A DNA stretch of 42,484 nt from an uncultured Sphingopyxis sp. (GCA_963545025.1 CAUUIU010000001.1:1-42484), one strand, 5' to 3'; numbered from the stretch's first letter, positions 16,804-26,611 are shown. Notes: generated from the letters alone by a model not told the origin. Program-made: numbers and translations.

Positions 16804-17267
16804 CAGATGGGCGTCCCGTAGTTGATGGCATTGGCGGAGACCTCACCCGACACGACGCTGTTTCCGTTCGCGTCGGTGACCGTGCAGGTGAAGGTGGCGT
16901 CGAAGCTGTCGCCGGGGCCAACGGCCGCAGCGCGGAACGTGGTTGCCTGCGAGGTCGGGGCGATGATCGTCCAGTCGGTGGGTGCCGCGTCGGTCCGCTC
17001 CCACAGGAAGGTATAAGGCGCAGTCCCGCCGCTCGGGGTCGCGACAACCTCCGACGTCGTCACACCGCCCGGAGGCGTGCTGTTGCGCGCGCCGAAGCTG
17101 TCCGGTGTGACATCGACCGTGAACGCGGCCGATGCGTTGTTGAAGACCTCGGACAGTCCGCCAGCGTCGCGGATCAGGACGGCTCCGATTTCGGCGACGC
17201 CTCCCGCATCGCGGACCATCACCGCGCCAAGCTCCGAAAAGCCTCCTGCATCGCGAACCCCGGTCAC
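16803..17267 (-). CDS. Tail appendage protein with Ig-like C-domain
   Basis: Three (V/I)RDAGG repeats, then SGGTAPYTFLW...FTCTVTDANG. Confidence 0.65.
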   Translation of the reverse strand: MTGVRDAGGFSELGAVMVRDAGGVAEIGAVLIRDAGGLSEVFNNASAAFTVDVTPDSFGARNSTPPGGVTTSEVVATPSGGTAPYTFLWERTDAAPTDWTIIAPTSQATTFRAAAVGPGDSFDATFTCTVTDANGNSVVSGEVSANAINYGTPI

Positions 17268-17866
17268 GGCGCGGCCTTTTTGAGCCAGATGTCACCGACT
17301 TGGGTGGTTGGGTCTGCGGCGTCATGGGCCGTCAGAAACACGCGGCCCGACTCCATTGCGCCATCGGCATGATAGAGGTGAACGCCCGCGCCTTGGCGGC
17401 TGATGTTTCCGGTCAGAGTGCCACCGATCAGGGGCAATGGGTCGGGGATACCCGTCGCCGCGCGGAGAGCCGCTTGATTGGCGAGCGTAAGCAGCGCGCG
17501 GCCGTAAGCAGTCGTCGCGAGGGCGGCGATCGCGCTCAGGTCGGCGTCGAGCGGCTGAAACTGCTGCCCGGTGACCTTGATCGACGGGACATAGAAGACG
17601 ATCTCGCCATCGTTGTCGCGGACGCGGATCGAATAGTCATCGCCTGCCGCGAACACGAAAGCGGGGGAATCGTCCCGATAGATCAGGCCGCCGAGCGTGC
17701 GGAATGGCTGCGCGGCCGCCGTCGTGAGCGCTTCGTTCCAGAAGGTCGCGAGCGGGTGCGTCTCGGGATCCTGCCCCGGCTCGCCAATGAAGACATAGCC
17801 CCCGAAAAGCGGATCACCGTCCTCGTCGAGGAAGAGCGGAAAAGGGTTGTTGATGCGCTGGGCCAT
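17264..17866 (-). CDS. Tail appendage with P22 tailspike head-binding-like domain
   Basis: FLDEDGDPLFGGYVFIG...DPETHP...YSIRVRD. Confidence 0.7.
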   Translation of the reverse strand: MAQRINNPFPLFLDEDGDPLFGGYVFIGEPGQDPETHPLATFWNEALTTAAAQPFRTLGGLIYRDDSPAFVFAAGDDYSIRVRDNDGEIVFYVPSIKVTGQQFQPLDADLSAIAALATTAYGRALLTLANQAALRAATGIPDPLPLIGGTLTGNISRQGAGVHLYHADGAMESGRVFLTAHDAADPTTQVGDIWLKKAAP

Positions 17867-17889
17867 GTTAAATTGCCGCCATGAGGATG

Positions 17890-20742
17890 CTATTGCGCGT
17901 CATCGCGTTCCCCCTTTGCTGGCTGTTTACGCCCGGGATTTTCTTCTTCTTCGGCATAAGCGCGCCCTACTGACCGCGGCGCCGCTCCGCTGAGCTGCTG
18001 CTGCAGCACCGCCTGCAATCCAAGAATGTCGTTCGCGAGCGCGGGCTCGGCCTTCGCGATCGCCGAGAGGCGCGCTACGTGGGCGGTCGCGGCAGCCGGG
18101 TTGGGCTTCTTGCCCGCGCCGGCGAGCCAGCGAACCATGCGCTGCGAGGTCAGCATGCGGGCGGTGACGTTGGTTGCGAGGGCGGACAGGCCGGCCGTCG
18201 CAAGGCCCAGCCCGAACTCGGGGATGGCGTTGACCGCACCCCCGCTGTTGCTGTGGTTGGCGAAGCGCTGCGAAGCCTTCGAGCCTTCCGCAACCTTGGC
18301 GAGGTCGTTGAGTGCGGCGCGCGCATCGCGGCCGAAATACGCCAGTTTGGCGGTCTCGCCGATCCCGTTCCAATGCGTGAGAAAGTCGTTCAGGCTGAAG
18401 GCGTCGCCCTCGGCATTCTGGCGCCCGCGCGATGCCCGGCCGAGCGCCTGGATCACCGACGAGCGCGCGATGGCCTGCTCTTCGGCTGGCAGAGCGTTGA
18501 GCAGCTTCACGGCGCGAGCATTGTTGCCCTGCAAATCGGCCATCAGCCGCTTCGTGACCTGTTCGCCGCTTGCGGAGCCGTCCTTCCCGATCAGCGGCGT
18601 GACGACGTCGTCGGTGAGCTCGATATACGACTGCCATTGCCCGTCCGCGCGCTGGAAAGCGTCGGCCGCTTCCTCGAGGCCGTGCTGGCGAAGGCCGTCG
18701 TCGATGTCGCGCGTGATCGCGTCCATAACGCGCTTGGCGCGCGCCGACGACGCCCCGCCGCGAACATTGAACGTGGCGAGATCTTCGCGGAGCGTCGTGC
18801 GGATGTCGCGCAGCGCCTGCACCGTCATCGGGCCTTCGGTCATGCGATCTCGAACGCGCTTGAAGATGTTCCCCGCCGTTTCCGACAGACCGGTGTCTGC
18901 CATTGCATCGATCTCGTCGGAGAGCGTCTGGAATGCATCGACTGGGCGAATCCGTGCGTCACCGGCCGCTCGCTCGGCAGTACGGTACAGCGCCGCGCCC
19001 TTGTCATGCTCACGCTTGATCGCTGCCGCTGCACCTTGTGAGATGCGATAGCCGAGGCCCTCGCCCTCCATCGGCTCGCCGAGGCTGCGGGCAATGCGAT
19101 CGCGGGCAGCCTTGGCGCTATCGAGGGTCAATGCTGCGCGGTCGACGATAGGACCGACACCCGCCTGTGTCTGCGCGACCTTGCCGGTTGCGGCCGCGAC
19201 GCGCGAACTCATATCGGGCGCATAGGGCTCCACACCCTGCCGCTTCGCCGCTGCTGCATACTCCGCCGCGTCAGAGGGTGCTCCTGCCGCCCGAGGAGCG
19301 CGCATAACGGCCTTTTCGCCGACCTTGCCGACGACACGGCCGCCGAGCGCTCCGAGCGTGCCTTCTACCGCTGCGCTGGAGAGCCGGTCGCCGAGATCAC
19401 CTTCGCCAGCGCCGGCGCCATGCACAGTGCCATATGCAGCGCCCTCGGCGGTCATGCGTCGGGTCGCGGCCGATGCTGCAGCGCCGCGCGCAGCAGCCAT
19501 CCCTTCGCCCGCCCGCAAGGCCGAGGTGCCTGCCTGCCGGGCTGCACCGGTCGCGCCGGTCGGGAGCAGGAACGCGCCTGCTACTTGTCCGGCGCCGTAA
19601 GGCAGCGGCCGCTCTTCGCGCGAATAGTCCCACGCGGCATTGAGTTCGTCGCCGCCGATCGCGCCGGCAATCTCGTCACCGAACCCCATCGTGCCGATAT
19701 CGGCAACGCCGAGCGCTGCGGCCCCCACCGGGCTGTCCGCAATCCCGGAGTACCAAGGCGTATCAGCATTGTCGGGGATCAGGTGGAAATTGTCCCAGCC
19801 CGGAACGAGAGACTTGATCGGCTTCGACGGATTCGCCTTGTGCGCCTGAATGACCTCGTCGATCTTCGCGCGCATCGGCGTGCTCGACGACACTCCGAAT
19901 GGCTTGTATTGTTCGTCGAGATAATCCCCGATCTCGCTGGAAGAACGGCCGTTGGCCACCATTTCTGCAACCGTATTGCCCAGATGGTAGAGACTGGGCT
20001 CCGGTCGAAAGCCGGTTCCTTTCTCGGTCACACCGTCGATGTCGGTGCCGCCCTGATCGTGCGCCCCCTTCGCGCGGGGAAGTGCAGGGCCCTTCGAGCG
20101 CTCGTCATATTCGCGGAACTGCTCGGCAAATGGACGGCCGTCATGCTCGCCGATGACCTCGAACGGATCGATGTCGTAGCGGCTTGCATATTCCTTGAAG
20201 CGTTCGCGCTGCTGGTTATAGCCCTGCACCCGAGAGGTCACCGAATGGATCATCTCGCGGCGCATCCGGTCGCGAACCTCTTGCGGAAGAGCGCCACCGC
20301 CCTCGATACCGAACTGCTTCTTGATCTCGGCCGCCTTGGCGTCGAGATAGGCCGCCGAACTCTGCGCCATGCCGACCTCCGCCTCGCGGACAACGCTGGT
20401 CGGGTCGAGCGCCTTCACATAGTCGTAGATGAGGCCGACATCGCCAGTGCCATCGGGGGAGCGCTTCAGCGCCTGCGACAGGGCGCCGACCGCCGTACGG
20501 TATTCCTGCACCGCGGGGAGCCGCTCGTAGCGCGCCCGGAATGTCTCGGCGTTGTCGAACTTGCGGTTATCGACGTCCCGATCTTCGCGGCGCTCAGCGC
20601 GGGCGTCACCGCTGAGCGATGTATCGATTCCGACGCGCTTGCTTTCAGCGTCGAGTTCGGCGCCAGGGTTCGGGATGAAGACGGGGCCGCCTCGCTGCTG
20701 CGGCTGCGACACGGGGTCATTTGCCCAGAACTGGTCGGCCAT
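17890..20742 (-). CDS. Large DNA ejection (injection) protein, ~950 aa
   Basis: Start MADQFW coupled to the upstream stop; Ala/Gly-rich helical protein; P22-like synteny. Confidence 0.7.
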   Translation of the reverse strand: MADQFWANDPVSQPQQRGGPVFIPNPGAELDAESKRVGIDTSLSGDARAERREDRDVDNRKFDNAETFRARYERLPAVQEYRTAVGALSQALKRSPDGTGDVGLIYDYVKALDPTSVVREAEVGMAQSSAAYLDAKAAEIKKQFGIEGGGALPQEVRDRMRREMIHSVTSRVQGYNQQRERFKEYASRYDIDPFEVIGEHDGRPFAEQFREYDERSKGPALPRAKGAHDQGGTDIDGVTEKGTGFRPEPSLYHLGNTVAEMVANGRSSSEIGDYLDEQYKPFGVSSSTPMRAKIDEVIQAHKANPSKPIKSLVPGWDNFHLIPDNADTPWYSGIADSPVGAAALGVADIGTMGFGDEIAGAIGGDELNAAWDYSREERPLPYGAGQVAGAFLLPTGATGAARQAGTSALRAGEGMAAARGAAASAATRRMTAEGAAYGTVHGAGAGEGDLGDRLSSAAVEGTLGALGGRVVGKVGEKAVMRAPRAAGAPSDAAEYAAAAKRQGVEPYAPDMSSRVAAATGKVAQTQAGVGPIVDRAALTLDSAKAARDRIARSLGEPMEGEGLGYRISQGAAAAIKREHDKGAALYRTAERAAGDARIRPVDAFQTLSDEIDAMADTGLSETAGNIFKRVRDRMTEGPMTVQALRDIRTTLREDLATFNVRGGASSARAKRVMDAITRDIDDGLRQHGLEEAADAFQRADGQWQSYIELTDDVVTPLIGKDGSASGEQVTKRLMADLQGNNARAVKLLNALPAEEQAIARSSVIQALGRASRGRQNAEGDAFSLNDFLTHWNGIGETAKLAYFGRDARAALNDLAKVAEGSKASQRFANHSNSGGAVNAIPEFGLGLATAGLSALATNVTARMLTSQRMVRWLAGAGKKPNPAAATAHVARLSAIAKAEPALANDILGLQAVLQQQLSGAAPRSVGRAYAEEEENPGRKQPAKGERDDAQ

Positions 20743-22028
20743 CAGGGTTTCACCCGCGTTGTGCCATCGGGGGCGACATAGGTCGTTCCGCTGGCGAGTT
20801 TCGCATATTGCTGACGGGTCGACACGCGCACGGGGGCTTTTTCGGCCTCCGGTCCCTTCTTCAGCGCGGCCATGTTGCGGGTCACATATCGCTTCGTTTC
20901 CGCGGGCAGGTGTTTGCGCCAATTGCCGCCGTGGCGGGTGAGCGCTTTGTCGAGGTTGTCCGGCCCCCAATTATAGGCCGCCCACGCTTTCGCGGGATCG
21001 CTGCCGTAGCGCGACATCATCGCCGCGAGGTAGTCGCGCCCAACGCGCGCGATCTCGTCGGGCGTGTTGTCCGCTGCCGGGCGCACGCCGTAACCGGGGT
21101 CGGTGATCGTGCCGGGCATCACCTGCATTTCGCCCTTGGCGCCCTTCGGCGACGTCGTGAGGCCGCCGCCGCGACCGTATCGCTTGCCACCGCTCTCGGC
21201 CTTCAGCGTGATCGGGATCATCGCGGCAACGTCGGCGGTGACAGCCTCTTCGCCCGCTGCCGGCGCACCTGAGGCGGGGGATCCGCCGCCAGCGGGCGCC
21301 GAGCCCGGATCGAGTTGCGACGACCGATAGATCGACGTGCCATACTGGTTCGTGATCGGCGTGAGCGGGTCAGACTTGTTCTTGACGAAATTGTCAGCTG
21401 CTTCCTTGCCCTGAAGGCGAAGAATCGCGTCATATTCCCTCTCGAACGTCGTCTTCTCTGGGTTCAAGCCGCCATAGGCCGAGGCGAACTTGTCGGGTCC
21501 CGCCGCGACGGCGAGAGCCATTCCGACCTGCGCCTGCACCTGCTTGACCGCGTTTTGATCACCCCCTTCCAGCATGGCGAGCAGGCCTTCTTCGTCCGGT
21601 TCAAGGCCTGCTGCACGTTCGGCTTCGACGCGTGCGCGCAGCACGGCCTTGGCCCTCTCGACATTTCCGGACGAGAGATAGGAATAGACTTCGCCGAGCT
21701 GGCCCATGTCGCGGCCGCGCTTTTCCTCGGAACCCGCGTCCCATGCGCGCTTGAGCCCTTCCGAAAGTTCGGGGTAGCGTGACATGAGTCCGACGATCGC
21801 AGTGGGGCTCGGATCTTCCCCTAGGTCGGCGATGTCCGCTTGAAACGCCTGCTGGCGCTCGAACTTCCGCGAAACTTCGGCGAGCTGCCGGGCTTCTTGC
21901 TGCCGCTGAATTTGGACGCTCTGCTCTTGGAGCCGTAGAAGTCGCTCGCGCTGCTGCTCCCCAGCAAGGTCAGGTACGAGCTCCATGCCGGCCTTGATGA
22001 TGGAGGCGTGGTTGACTGGCTGGTACAT
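20742..22028 (-). CDS. Ejection protein with C-terminal lytic transglycosylase (SLT) domain
   Basis: AESGG...GAKGEMQVMPGT...AAYNWGP...ETKRYV. Confidence 0.82.
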   Translation of the reverse strand: MYQPVNHASIIKAGMELVPDLAGEQQRERLLRLQEQSVQIQRQQEARQLAEVSRKFERQQAFQADIADLGEDPSPTAIVGLMSRYPELSEGLKRAWDAGSEEKRGRDMGQLGEVYSYLSSGNVERAKAVLRARVEAERAAGLEPDEEGLLAMLEGGDQNAVKQVQAQVGMALAVAAGPDKFASAYGGLNPEKTTFEREYDAILRLQGKEAADNFVKNKSDPLTPITNQYGTSIYRSSQLDPGSAPAGGGSPASGAPAAGEEAVTADVAAMIPITLKAESGGKRYGRGGGLTTSPKGAKGEMQVMPGTITDPGYGVRPAADNTPDEIARVGRDYLAAMMSRYGSDPAKAWAAYNWGPDNLDKALTRHGGNWRKHLPAETKRYVTRNMAALKKGPEAEKAPVRVSTRQQYAKLASGTTYVAPDGTTRVKP

Positions 22029-22672
22029 CAGCCGAACAGACTCTTGAGGCCGCCACCGCCAGGCATGAACGCAGCGGCGAGGCTGTCGATGCCGGCACCG
22101 GCATTGTTCCACATCTGAGCGTTGATGCCGCCGCGCGACAAGATGCCGCCAGCTCGTGCCGCGCCCTGCTGAGCAAAGAGATCGCTCATGTTATTAGCGC
22201 GCGCGGCGCCGAACTTCGAAATCGAGTCCGTCGCGCCGCTGCCCAGCCCCGCGAGGCCGGCGAAGCGCGACATCTGCGCGTTCAATTCGTCGATGAACGC
22301 ATCGCCGCGGAAATCAGCAAGTCCACGCTGGATGTCGCCGCCGCGAAGGCCGCCTGTCGCCGATGCGTTGGCGAGGATGCTGTCTTCGCCGTTTTCGATG
22401 ATGCGCGCGAGCGTCGGGCTATTCTGGACATTCTCGAGGGCTGCTGTCCAAGCGTCGGTGCCGTTGATGCCCGTCAGGTCGCCCAGCCCCTTGACGCTCG
22501 GCGCGAGCAGCTGAAGGAGGGGGCCGTAATCGGAGCGCGTAACATCGAACTGGCGCTGCTGCTCGCTGAGCGCCTTGTTCAGATATTCGAGTTGCGCGGC
22601 TTCCGCCTTTTTGGACGCCTTCTTCGCGGCATTGCCACCGAAGAAACTCCCAATTTTACTAAAAAGGCCCAT
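22028..22672 (-). CDS. P22 gp7-like DNA transfer protein
   Basis: MGLFSKIGSFFGG...ASATGGLRGG; Gly/Ala/Gln-rich; synteny. Confidence 0.78.
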   Translation of the reverse strand: MGLFSKIGSFFGGNAAKKASKKAEAAQLEYLNKALSEQQRQFDVTRSDYGPLLQLLAPSVKGLGDLTGINGTDAWTAALENVQNSPTLARIIENGEDSILANASATGGLRGGDIQRGLADFRGDAFIDELNAQMSRFAGLAGLGSGATDSISKFGAARANNMSDLFAQQGAARAGGILSRGGINAQMWNNAGAGIDSLAAAFMPGGGGLKSLFG

Positions 22673-22700
22673 GTCGGTTCCCGCTCAGTTGCTTGGGAGC

Positions 22701-22738
22701 GGTGTAATCGCCACGCCTCGCGGCGGCATTTCCCCTGA
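22701..22738 (-). promoter_or_regulatory. Late promoter copy A (ejection/tail/lysis operon)
   Basis: TCAGGGGAAATG (22738-22727), 20 nt, TACACC. Confidence 0.75.
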
Positions 22739-23251
22739 TTACGCGACCCGGATCTTGAGGGCGCTGGCGGTGCGGTACACGCCGCCGATCGGCACCCCTC
22801 CCGCGGCCGCTGCCGCATCGTCCGCATAGTTCGCCACGCCGTCGAGTTTCGGGGCCGCGAGCGTCTTGTTCGACAGCGTTTCGGGGTTTGCTAGGGTGGC
22901 GAGGGTGCCGGTCAACGGCAGCACCAGCGCAGCATTCCCGGCGACGGTGAAGAATACCGTGAACCCGTTGTTGACGAGGGGAACGGTGTCGCTCGTGCGC
23001 AGGGTCAGATATTGGCCGTCGTCGACCGCTGACAGCCCACGCCCGAGCTTCAGCACGCGCTCATTTTGGAACTCGGCGTTCGGTGCAAGGACCAGCACGC
23101 CTGCATCCTGAAGCCGCGTCGTCGCCTCGGCGGTCGTCGCAAGGCCCTCGGTATTCTTCTCGACGTCGGCCGCCTGCTTCTCGAAGGCGCGCAACAGGCG
23201 GGGGTTTATGCCGAAGAACTGCGCGAGGTCGGCGCGAAGGATGTCGCTCAC
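22739..23251 (-). CDS. Tail-associated protein in the gp26 needle position
   Basis: GTG 23251 overlaps the gp10-like stop; N-terminal coiled coil, C-terminal AAAAGGVPIGGVYR. Confidence 0.6.
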   Translation of the reverse strand: MSDILRADLAQFFGINPRLLRAFEKQAADVEKNTEGLATTAEATTRLQDAGVLVLAPNAEFQNERVLKLGRGLSAVDDGQYLTLRTSDTVPLVNNGFTVFFTVAGNAALVLPLTGTLATLANPETLSNKTLAAPKLDGVANYADDAAAAAGGVPIGGVYRTASALKIRVA

Positions 23252-24615
23252 GTCAGCGTCTCTTCGATCTTGGCAATGCCCGGCATCGAGGTGTCGTACC
23301 CGCGAAAGCGCAGGATGCACGACGTCGAGCATCGCAGCCTCGGGCGCCACTGCATCTTGCTCGTGCGCTGCCCTGCCAAGATGGGCGGCAGGGCCATCTC
23401 GCGGCTGAAGGTCTCGCCGTCGCGGCTCCACGACAGGAACATCGTCGCCTTTTCGCCATGCGGCATGCGACCCGGCAGGCCGATCAGCTCGATAGCGTCC
23501 AACTGGAACGGACTGCCGCCGTTCTCGATCATCGGCCCGTCGAACATCCATTCGACCGGCTCGCCGAAATGCGAGGAGACGTCGTTGCGCATCTCGCCGA
23601 TCGCCGCGCTTTCGCTGTCGTCGCAATACCATGTCCCGTTGCAGTTCACGGCATTGTGGAGACGATAGGGCGTGTCGTAGCCGGACTTCGCCCGGTACCA
23701 GACCTTCTGCTTGAAATACCCCGACGCGGTTTCGCAAAAGACCCAGGTCTCCTGCGCGAGGTGGACGAGGAGGCGGCGCTCGTCGAGGTAGAATCGCTGT
23801 TCGAGCTCGATCGAGGCTGGGTCGCTGATCTTCGCGAGGGCTGCGTCGAGCGCGCGGCTGCTGATCTTCGTGGCCGTCCCCTGTCCCGCGACATAGACGC
23901 CGATCGCCTCGTCGCGCGCTGAACCCACGAAGGCGAAGCTCTCGCCGAAATAGCACTTTGCCGACGCCGAGACGCATCCGAGCGGGATTAGCGCCCCCGA
24001 GACGACCTGAAACGGGAAGCCTGCGCCCCCGACGTTCTGGAAAGGCTCGATCGTGTAGCGGCCGACCGCATAGAGTTCGCCCCGGACCTCCATCAGGCCC
24101 GTCACCATGTCGGGATCTTCTTCCGCGCTGCCATATTTCATCGGATCGACCGCGGTCGGGTCGCGAAGCTCGGTCACGATGATCGAGGTGCCGTCCGTCG
24201 TGACGAAATAGCCGTCCATCCACAGCATGTCCCGCACGGGGCCGAGGTCGACGTCGGTGACCTGCACCAGCGCAATGCCGTTCCAGTACCAGAGCTTGTC
24301 GCCGCTGTGGATCGCCAGCCGGTCGAAGCCATAGTCGAATCGGCAGCGCCCTTCTCCCCCGACGTCGCCGATGACGGTGACGACGCCGTTCGTGACCGAG
24401 ACGAGCTTCGTGCCCATGACCCGGTAATGCACGCCGTTCCACATGACACCGCCGCGCCCGAGACCGGGCCCAATGGCGTGCTGCACGGCTCCGACGGGCG
24501 CCCGAAGCTGCCCCATCTTGCCGTCCGGGGTCATCGGCTCAAGGTTGAGGGGGACGCTCTCGACGAACTCCGCCTGATTGCTTGCCAGAATGCCGCCGAG
24601 AAGGGGGATTGCCAT
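23248..24615 (-). CDS. P22 gp10-like DNA stabilisation / tail hub protein
   Basis: 455 aa, beta-propeller-like; DGYFV, YGSAEEDPD and LSWSRDGETF motifs. Confidence 0.85.
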   Translation of the reverse strand: MAIPLLGGILASNQAEFVESVPLNLEPMTPDGKMGQLRAPVGAVQHAIGPGLGRGGVMWNGVHYRVMGTKLVSVTNGVVTVIGDVGGEGRCRFDYGFDRLAIHSGDKLWYWNGIALVQVTDVDLGPVRDMLWMDGYFVTTDGTSIIVTELRDPTAVDPMKYGSAEEDPDMVTGLMEVRGELYAVGRYTIEPFQNVGGAGFPFQVVSGALIPLGCVSASAKCYFGESFAFVGSARDEAIGVYVAGQGTATKISSRALDAALAKISDPASIELEQRFYLDERRLLVHLAQETWVFCETASGYFKQKVWYRAKSGYDTPYRLHNAVNCNGTWYCDDSESAAIGEMRNDVSSHFGEPVEWMFDGPMIENGGSPFQLDAIELIGLPGRMPHGEKATMFLSWSRDGETFSREMALPPILAGQRTSKMQWRPRLRCSTSCILRFRGYDTSMPGIAKIEETLT

Positions 24616-25091
24616 TACTGTCCCTCGGTGTCGACCGGGTAGCTCGCCGGGAAGAATGGACTGCGATATGTGCCGACACGACGGGAGCCAGCCCCGCGAA
24701 CAGTGCCAGGCGCAAAGCCGGAAATCTTGCTAGTCGGCGGATAGGCCGCATTGAGCAGGAGCAGCGCCCGCGAATGGGCGAGAGTGAACGCGCGCGAGGG
24801 GTCGATGCCGAAGACGCCGTGCAGCACCATCGCGAGGCATTTGGCGACCCCGCTCGCGGCCGTCGCGGGGATTCCGCTGGGCTCTTTCGCCTCGCCGTCC
24901 GTATTGTCGGCAGGATGGGCATAGGGGATGCGCGAGAAGGGCTCCTCGGTCATCATCGCGTTCAGCTTGCGCAGCGCCATGCTGTGCTCCTCCGGCGTGA
25001 CGGTGAGGTCGGACATCTTGCAATCCTCGAACGCGAGCGCGATCAGCCTCGCCTTCATCGGTCCGTCAGCAGCCAGAGGAAGCACGGTCAT
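24615..25091 (-). CDS. P22 gp4-like head-to-tail adaptor
   Basis: LIALAF...PEEHSMALRKLNAMM...SGIP...GAGSR; synteny. Confidence 0.75.
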   Translation of the reverse strand: MTVLPLAADGPMKARLIALAFEDCKMSDLTVTPEEHSMALRKLNAMMTEEPFSRIPYAHPADNTDGEAKEPSGIPATAASGVAKCLAMVLHGVFGIDPSRAFTLAHSRALLLLNAAYPPTSKISGFAPGTVRGAGSRRVGTYRSPFFPASYPVDTEGQ

Positions 25092-25094
25092 GGG

Positions 25095-25637
25095 TTATTC
25101 GCCCGCCTTCTCGGTTTCGCGCTTGGCTTCGGTCTTCGCCTTGGAAGGCGCCGCATCGTTCGGCTTGCTGCCACCGGGGTTGCCGTCGCCGTCCTGATCG
25201 AACGCAGCGATTTTCGCCTTCAGGTCGGCGTTCTCCGACCCAAGCCGGTTCACGTCGGCGAGCGCAGCCTCCAACTGGCGAGCGCCTTCGACCTTCTCGC
25301 TTTCGAGCGTGGCGACGCGCTCGTTCGCGAGGCCGATCTCGGTGCGGGCGGTCGCGAGGGCCTTCTCGCCGTCCGCAATCTGCTGCTTGAGGCCGTCGAG
25401 AACCGTAGTGTCGGCCGAAGCCGGCGAAGCGCCATCGTCGCCGAAGTCGTCGTCGACCGGCTCGGGCTGGAGCGCGTTCGCCACTTCGCCGAACTCCGCC
25501 CATCCGCGCGCGCCGAGTTCCGCTTCCTCGTCGGAATCGTTGACGACGCGCGTGGCGAAGGGCGCACCGTGGACGTCGACCGTGCCATCGCTGGCCGACC
25601 GCGAGCGACGATAGAGCATCTTGGGATAATGAGACAT
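25095..25637 (-). CDS. Hypothetical head-module protein
   Basis: GGAGG SD; YPKMLY...EEAELGARGW domain plus coiled coil. Confidence 0.7.
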   Translation of the reverse strand: MSHYPKMLYRRSRSASDGTVDVHGAPFATRVVNDSDEEAELGARGWAEFGEVANALQPEPVDDDFGDDGASPASADTTVLDGLKQQIADGEKALATARTEIGLANERVATLESEKVEGARQLEAALADVNRLGSENADLKAKIAAFDQDGDGNPGGSKPNDAAPSKAKTEAKRETEKAGE

Positions 25638-25709
25638 TCGTACCTCCAGTTGATCGGTCAGAGGGGCTGGCCGTTCAAATGGAGGGCGGGACAGTGCCCG
25701 CCCGTCCTG

Positions 25710-26114
25710 TCACTTCTGGTGCGTGCCCTCGACGCCTCGCCGCATGCGGTCGAGCGTGCGCTTGTGGAGCCACATCAGCGCTTCCTCCATCTTGGTCAGC
25801 GCCAGCGCGTTCTCGCGGGTGCTGTATGGTCCCGACTGGAAAGAGCGCATGCGGTCGATCAGGATGGTGAGCAGCACCTCGTGCGTGACACCGTTGACGC
25901 CGACTTCGGCGATCGGACCATTCTGGAAGAGCACCGTAGCATGCTCGGCGGGCTGGCCGTGCCGCTCGGTGAACGGGCAAGACGGGTTCGATCCGGTGTT
26001 GAAACCGGAGATATGGTAGAGGTGGCTGGCGCCGCCAGCACCGGGTTCGTCGCGTACTTCGATGGAAATTACATCGTTCGCGGGGTTGACCTTGTGGTCG
26101 ACCAGTTCGCGCAT
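25710..26114 (-). CDS. tad1: Tad1-family anti-defence sponge protein
   Basis: GGAGG SD, ATG 26114; GAGGASHLY...FQNGP...NGV...LL.I.IDRMRSFQSGPYSTRENALALTKMEEALMWLHKRTLDRMRRGVEGT matches the Tad1 signature as recalled. Confidence 0.85.
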   Translation of the reverse strand: MRELVDHKVNPANDVISIEVRDEPGAGGASHLYHISGFNTGSNPSCPFTERHGQPAEHATVLFQNGPIAEVGVNGVTHEVLLTILIDRMRSFQSGPYSTRENALALTKMEEALMWLHKRTLDRMRRGVEGTHQK

Positions 26115-26161
26115 GTTACTTTCCTCCTGCTGAGGTGCCGCTGATCCGCGCGGCCCGGTGT

Positions 26162-26183
26162 GGCGGGAGCCGAAGCCCCCGCC
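26162..26183 (-). other. Stable UUCG hairpin upstream of tad1
   Basis: GGCGGGGGC-TTCG-GCTCCCGCC on the minus strand; no U-tract. Confidence 0.6.
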
Positions 26184-26188
26184 TGACA

Positions 26189-26611
26189 TCACAGCTTCGA
26201 GATCGGCGTCATGTCGTTGGTGTAGTCCGGCCCAGCGTTGGTGACCTCGTACGGCGATTTCACGCCGAGGCGGGCGCAGAGGGCGCGGACATAGTCGGTG
26301 CGGTTCTTGCCCGAGCGTTCGAGTTCGAGCAGGCCGGCGACCTTTTCTTCGGGCAGGCCGCCATCCTTCTCGGCGATCGCCTCTTCGAAAGCCTCGAAGC
26401 CAAGGTCGATGATATGCGCATATTGCATGATCTCGTCCTTGCCGTGCCATTGCTTGACGGGCGGCGCGGGCGGCTCGTTGTCGGCGAGGAACTGGGCGCT
26501 TTCCTTCGCCTGCTCCTTCGCGGCTTCCTTGACGCCTTCCTTCTGGGCTGCAGCTTCCTCGGCGGCAGTCAGCTTGGGGAGGCCCGTCGCTTCATCCTTC
26601 TTGGTCGTCAT
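26189..26611 (-). CDS. Hypothetical head-module protein
   Basis: AGGAG SD; LLELERSGKNRT motif; follows the coat gene. Confidence 0.7.
   Translation of the reverse strand: MTTKKDEATGLPKLTAAEEAAAQKEGVKEAAKEQAKESAQFLADNEPPAPPVKQWHGKDEIMQYAHIIDLGFEAFEEAIAEKDGGLPEEKVAGLLELERSGKNRTDYVRALCARLGVKSPYEVTNAGPDYTNDMTPISKL

Noticed and set aside
14857..16821. Long + strand ORFs over the structural region (also 18026-19051, 19420-20781, 24582-26144, 27108-28058, 29408-30988, 31100-32092)
   Set aside because: Antisense to well-supported genes in high-GC DNA; no motifs, SD or coupling
17906..17917. Degenerate late box (AAAGGGGGAACG) upstream of the tail appendage genes
   Set aside because: Several mismatches and no TA hexamer at +20
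22739..24442. 567-aa ORF as a second dual-frame gene overlapping the gp10-like gene
   Set aside because: The upstream ~400 aa are Arg-rich shadow with no motifs; the real gene starts at GTG 23251, coupled to the gp10-like stop
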